A stretch of 64,000 nucleotides of DNA from Eledone cirrhosa (lineage: Eukaryota). The stretch spans positions 91,202,001 through 91,266,000 of the forward strand of contig OZ024747.1 in the NCBI GenBank assembly GCA_964016885.1. The letters are read 5' to 3'. The position numbers and the translations under genes are program-made. The notes under the pieces were generated by a model. The model was not told where the DNA came from, did no database searches, and saw only the letters and a program-made list of their open reading frames with translations. Below are positions 57,870 to 64,000 of this stretch, in pieces (within the stretch, counting starts at the first letter, position 1; every line of letters begins with the position of its first letter).

Positions 57870-58060
57870 GCGCATGGCTTAGTGGTTAGGGCATTGGCCT
57901 TGCAATCGAATGGTTATGAGTTCGATTCTCGGACCGGGTGATGCGTTGTGTCCTTGAGCAAGACATTTTATTTTCACGTTGCTCCAGTTTACTCAGCTGT
58001 AGAATTAAGTTGCGACATCACTGGTGCCAAGCTGTATCGGCCATCGCCTTTCCCTTGGAC
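57870..58060 (+). mobile_element. SINE family B
   Basis: gcgcatggcttagtggttaggg (A box)..gagttcgattctc (B box)..gttgtgtccttgagcaagac. Confidence 0.8.
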
Positions 58061-59391
58061 TACATTTAGCAAATTGTTGGCATTCAATAACCATAGGAAA
58101 ATGTATAAACATAAATCCAAACAAAATTCTTTTGTAAATTGCAATACGCAAACCAACCCCCCTTTAATTTTAAATAATGAATATAATAGCAGTAATGATA
58201 CTAACAGTAAGTAAAATATTATCTTAGGCTGTCTAGTATAGATAAGGCTATATCTAACTGCATAATGTATTAAACAAACCTCAATACTAACACTTCAATA
58301 TCTAATTGCAATTTTAAGGTCTCTTACTTTTGCCCACTTAGGAGCGATTGCCTTAAAATAATCTTATATACAAGTGTGAAGTCTCAACACTTAATAACAC
58401 TTAAAATTACATAAAGAAACTGAAAATAATTTTAAGATCCGATTTTATTGGTATTTACATTTTTAAAGAATGAAACATTTTAAAAATAACTACTTTCTTA
58501 GCTAAATTAATCTAGTGTTTAAAAAGCGATAACTTAAGACACTCTTAAATTGAATATCATTAATTCTGTAAAATCTGATGGAGTGAGGTCGAATTAAATA
58601 CAATCTCTCTTATCGAAGCGTTAGAAATAATTACTTCAAAATGTATCCTCAATTCGAAAAATGAAATAATCCCTTCCAGTCCTTTTTGAACATTTTATTC
58701 TTTCATTTACAAAAACATTTACCCAGATAGATTATATACATTCACCCTTGTTTAAGTATTTTTATTATTAATTGTTAGAAAATCTGTTTCATATAACCGT
58801 TATCCCCTACCATTATATTAAATTATCCTATAAAATCCATATTTACAACCTTTCTTTTCAAACTACTAATTTTTGATGAAGACTTACTTTTAATACACAC
58901 ACACACCCATAAACGCACACACCACACGTCCAAAAGGTTTTACTTTTACACTCTTGTTTATCATATAACTATAACCCTACCTAAGTTATATCCCCAGCTT
59001 TACTTTTAATGTAGTTTATCTCCTTTGTACTGATATAATTTAATCAGGAAATTCCTTAAGACACTAAACGTATATTTTAATTATAGATATATGTAATTAT
59101 TGTTTTATGTTTCCATAAATTTTAACGTTCTTTTTATCATATTATAAATGTTTTTCCATAGCTTCACTAACGAAGTGATGATAGGCTTTGTAATTCCCAT
59201 TAGTGTAAGTCTAGCTCCATTTTAGTGAATGTTCTCAATTTTGTAATGATATTTTATCATTTGATATTTTAATTACTATTTTAGACTTCCATAGTTTTAA
59301 AGTTTCCCCTATTATAATTAAACGTTATTTCGAACTTCACGTATTTCTCCCACTGGTACACTAAAATATGTAAAGTAAATAATTAGTAATT

Positions 59392-59463
59392 GACTTTGAT
59401 GAGCTATTCTTACTGGATTGAATTTTCCATTCTCGTTAATCTAGTGAAACGTTCGTAAGATCA
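59392..59463 (+). ncRNA. Degenerate hammerhead motif at the 3' end of a probable decayed PLE
   Basis: tgact TTGATGA gcta..tagt GAAA cgttcg TA agatca, about 40 nt before a (TA)n tract; C3 is mutated. Confidence 0.45.
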
Positions 59464-59497
59464 TTAAATGTTTTGATAATAATCTTAATCTTAACTT

Positions 59498-59576
<79 letters not shown>

Positions 59577-59819
59577 AAGGAGACAAGAGGTACAAAAAGT
59601 CTTATTTGTTTTACGCTTTATATTGCAAAGGGGAAAGTTTGACGTGTCGGGATTAAGCTGTTCAGGAATACAAAATAGACAGGATCACAATGGAGAAACA
59701 GAGAATAAGGTCCAGTAAACTCCCCTCCCCCACATACAGACACACACAAAAAAAGTTGACAATGAAGATTGAAAACAAGACAACTGTTAGGTAGTCTTGG
59801 TAACGAGTTATAACGCAGT

Positions 59820-59850
<31 letters not shown>

Positions 59851-59986
59851 ATGTGTGCTATCGATCGACTTTCGTCAAATCGGACCGAGAAAACAACGTT
59901 TCCGTTGGTCTTTCCAATTGCTAACACTATCTATCGGTCGCAACGTGAAATAAAGTGTCTTGTTCAAGGATATGAGTAATAGTAAA

Positions 59987-60121
59987 GGCGCATGGCTTAG
60001 TCGTTATAGCATTGGGCTTGCAATCAAAAGGTTGTGAGTTCGATTCTCGGACCGGGTCATGTGTTGTGTCCTTGAGCAAGACACGTTGCTCCAGTTTACT
60101 CAGATGTACAAATGAGTTGCG
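59987..60121 (+). mobile_element. SINE family B
   Basis: Matches the 57870 copy. Confidence 0.8.
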
Positions 60122-61152
60122 ATCCTGGGAAATGTGTTGGTGGCAGTAGTTCCAGCAGCACGCATAAAAAAAACTGGTGTAGTGGTTCTGAGAACAATGC
60201 GGCTTTGCAGATAATCAATGCAAATTGACAATGGAAAGGCGCTCCTGCTCGAATTAGAAGAAAACTATTGACCTTCAGGAAAAGCAGCGACCCGTGATTA
60301 TATTCAGCAACCGAAACAAATATGAAGTACACCAAATCCAATGCTCCTAGGGCTGGCTCTGGTTCTTCTTATTTGCGAGTGTAAACTCGGCCAGATAAGA
60401 TAAGATAGATGAGTAATAATATTTCAGAGTTTATATTTTGTACAGTACGTGTCCCTTTTGAGTTTAAACGTTACTATGACTCATAGCTCCCCAGAAGAAA
60501 GTATCTGGATATTCATTTACATGTAGTGTAGCATGTCTTGTTAGCATGATTGAATGTGAATCTAGTTTGTTAATAGCTGCTAGTCAGAGGGAAACACTGT
60601 GATGATCAGTGTGTGGCCAAATTTATTGCATTTTGTAATAAGCAATTCAATTTCACCCTTAGTTTTATGATGTCCAAACACAGTTATTCTGGTGGCATAA
60701 CTGAAGACAATACAAACATTTAGGTTAATTATGTTAGAATTGATTCTTTTATGTGCAGAGTTAGACGAAGAATAAGTACGCACATTTATGTGTAAATGCT
60801 GAGAATGTGATAGGATCTAACAATGAATATTAATCCTGTTAGAGACACAAAAGGAAAATGGAGGCAGAGGATTTTCAAAGTCATGCGCAATGATAGGTGT
60901 GTTGTTCTGAATTCATTAGAAAATGTGACCACATGAAATCGTTTTAAAATAGAATTCGTCGCAATATATCGTTTATAGATTCGTTCATTTTGTAGGTCTC
61001 CGATATCTGGACAATTATGACTGTGATACTGAAATTGATATATGGAATGATGTGAATAATGTACTGTATATACAGTTCCATCAAATGAGGTCATTCCATT
61101 CCTAATATTATAGATTCTGTATAAGCACAGATACACACGCACAAATATAAAT

Positions 61153-61183
<31 letters not shown>

Positions 61184-61305
61184 ACACACCTATATATATA
61201 TATATATATATAAGCGACGTCTTGCAAAACACGCGCGCGCGCACACACACATACACACACACATACACTCACACACACACACATACACACACATACATAC
61301 ACACA

Positions 61306-61350
<45 letters not shown>

Positions 61351-61864
61351 CTATATAATTTGCAACGAACGTCTTACAAAACGTACGTACGTAAGTGTGT
61401 GTGTTTTTGAAAACGTTGCGTTTGGGCAGGTTGTTATACGTGATGTAATATTCAGCATATTCAGATGGTGGTGGTGGTGGTGAATACAAACTAGATTTGC
61501 CAGATAAGTATGTTCGCTTCGCAATCATTAAATTTCGGCTTTGATTCCACTGTGTGGCATTTTCAGTTAACTCATGTCAAACACTAGGAGTCAAATTCTT
61601 TGTAAGTCGATGGACTATACATTTCAGTGAAAGGTCCAACCTTGTTATAAAGTGTCATGTTGAATCTCTTTGATTATCTGTGGAATGCTCAGCCATTTGC
61701 ACGTTAATTTCATGAAAAAAATCTGTTCCCGCCATCGAAAATCTGGAACGCTTACCATCTCTATGCCGACGGAGGTCCGTTCCATTCAGAAAATGAAGCT
61801 CCCATCTATATGTACTGTGTGTTATGGTTTTAAACATTAAAAAATACTCACACTAATTCACATG

Positions 61865-61906
<42 letters not shown>

Positions 61907-61934
61907 GGCATATATGTATACATACACATAATTG

Positions 61935-62014
<80 letters not shown>

Positions 62015-62017
62015 TAT

Positions 62018-62192
62018 ATAACGAAGGAGATGTGGTAAGGAACCAGATGGACCATAACACACCAAAGTACTCAATACTTAGGGTAGTAGAGTTGGTAATA
62101 GGAACGAGTAGGACCCCGACGGCTGAGCTCAAGCCGTTTCGACGGCTAATTCGACGTCCAGAATTAGCCGTCGGGGCCCTACTCGTTCCTAT
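62018..62192 (-). mobile_element. Mini fold-back element, same family as 33649
   Basis: Outer arms ataggaacgagtagg(a/g)ccccgacggct; internal hairpins; same tail. Confidence 0.8.
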
Positions 62193-62255
62193 ATGCATAT
62201 ATATATACATATATATACATATATATATTAAGGATATACATACATATATATATAC

Positions 62256-62286
<31 letters not shown>

Positions 62287-62490
62287 CATACATATATATA
62301 TATGTACATATATATATACATACATATATACATACATATATATATACATATATATATACATATACATATATAGACATATATATACATATATATATATATA
62401 CGTATGTATGTAAACATATGTATACATTTGTGTATGTACACATATATACATATGCATATACACATACACACATATATATATACACACATA

Positions 62491-62522
<32 letters not shown>

Positions 62523-62924
62523 CATACATATATATATATAGATATATATATATTTATATATACATATATATATGTATATATATATGTATATATATGTATA
62601 TGTATATATATATGTATATATATGTATATATATATGTATATATATACATGTATATATATGTATATATATACATATATATATACATATATATACATATATA
62701 TATATACATATATATATATACATATATATACATATATATATATACATATATATATACATATATATATACATATATATATATACATATATATATACATATA
62801 TATATACATATACATATATACATATATATACATATATATATACATATATATAAACATAAAAAATACATATATATATATATATATATACGTATATATACAT
62901 ATATATATACATATATATATATAC

Positions 62925-62999
<75 letters not shown>

Positions 63000-63100
63000 C
63001 ATATATATATACATATATATACACATATATACATATACTTATATATATAGATATGCTTATATATATGTGTGTATGTGTGTGTGTATGTGTATGTGTGTGT
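62193..63100. repeat. Compound (TA)n/(TACA)n microsatellite
   Basis: Directly visible. Confidence 0.95.
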
Positions 63101-63665
63101 AGATATAGTATATGTGGCCCTGTTTATGTAAATGTGTATATCATAAAACGAATATTTAAATATATTTCACTGCATCGCTAAGAAGACCCAGATACTTAAC
63201 ATCATCCATATCCATTCACCATACAAATAAAGACTGGTGAAAGCGCCTGAGACATCTGGCGGAGAATAATGAAATGCACGCAGGTTATAAAATGTCTCCC
63301 GACAGACACGCACTTTCTTAGCCTAATTTTCTGAAGCAATCTTCACAGGTCAATGGCGTACGAATCGATAGCTGAGGATCAATCAAACGCAGTAACCTAT
63401 TGACAATCGCTACGGACATACAAATCAAATCAACTGGGATCCATCATAGCTTTCAAAGAGCATTCTCTTTTGATCACTGTAATTACTAAGCAGCCCTCAT
63501 TCTAAACAAGTCGGCCATGAAAACTGGTCGATGAGAAGAGATTTCTCTGAATACTAACGAAGAAGAGTTTCCGCAGGATTTAACGATCACAATTTCCTTA
63601 GGGTGACTTATACAAATACATAGACTAAATATATTATAAACAAAAAACTATATATATATATATAT

Positions 63666-63698
<33 letters not shown>

Positions 63699-63779
63699 TA
63701 CACACACACCTGTTTGTTGTCTCCCTGAACAATATATGTATGTATATATGAGGTGTGTATATGTATGAGTGCGTGCGTG

Positions 63780-63866
<87 letters not shown>

Positions 63867-64000
63867 TATATTTATATATATATATATACACCCACTGGGA
63901 CATACATATGGAGAGTATACTGAAAACGTTTATATGCTGTCCACATATAGTCAACCTAAGCTTATATATTGACATATGCATAGAAGTAAATTAATCCCTC

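Noticed and set aside
57870-57935. tRNA genes at SINE heads
   Set aside because: A/B boxes run straight into SINE body sequence in multiple diverged copies, with no proper cloverleaf.
63180-63600. Higher-complexity stretch resembling decayed coding sequence
   Set aside because: No long ORF and no identifiable domain.

Overview
AT-rich, repeat-dominated animal genomic DNA. The tRNA-derived SINEs resemble described octopod cephalopod SINEs, but that taxon call is an inference. No host protein-coding gene can be called with confidence, and almost all listed ORFs (YIYIY, SLSLS, CVCVC, HTHTH) are microsatellite artefacts. The window holds very large (TA)n and (TA/TG/CA) tracts hosting Penelope-like element (PLE) pieces: a Naiad-like RT-GIY-YIG frame at 1453-2811, two Neptune-like GIY-YIG ends, and many short 3'-end islands. 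It also holds two SINE families, RTE and CRE-like LINE fragments, a bipartite non-autonomous RTE element, MITEs, a non-autonomous Helitron and a 40-bp tandem array. The most striking pattern is a set of seven fold-back insertions from six unrelated families in (TA)n tracts, each built as inverted arm, direct arm, then an unpaired tail of about 50-90 nt. They range from about 75 bp to 2.3 kb. Many TA-embedded islands carry hammerhead ribozyme motifs, and in several small copies the fold-back apex lies on the ribozyme's GAAA/stem III. Coordinates were read by eye, so boundaries of decayed repeats are approximate.
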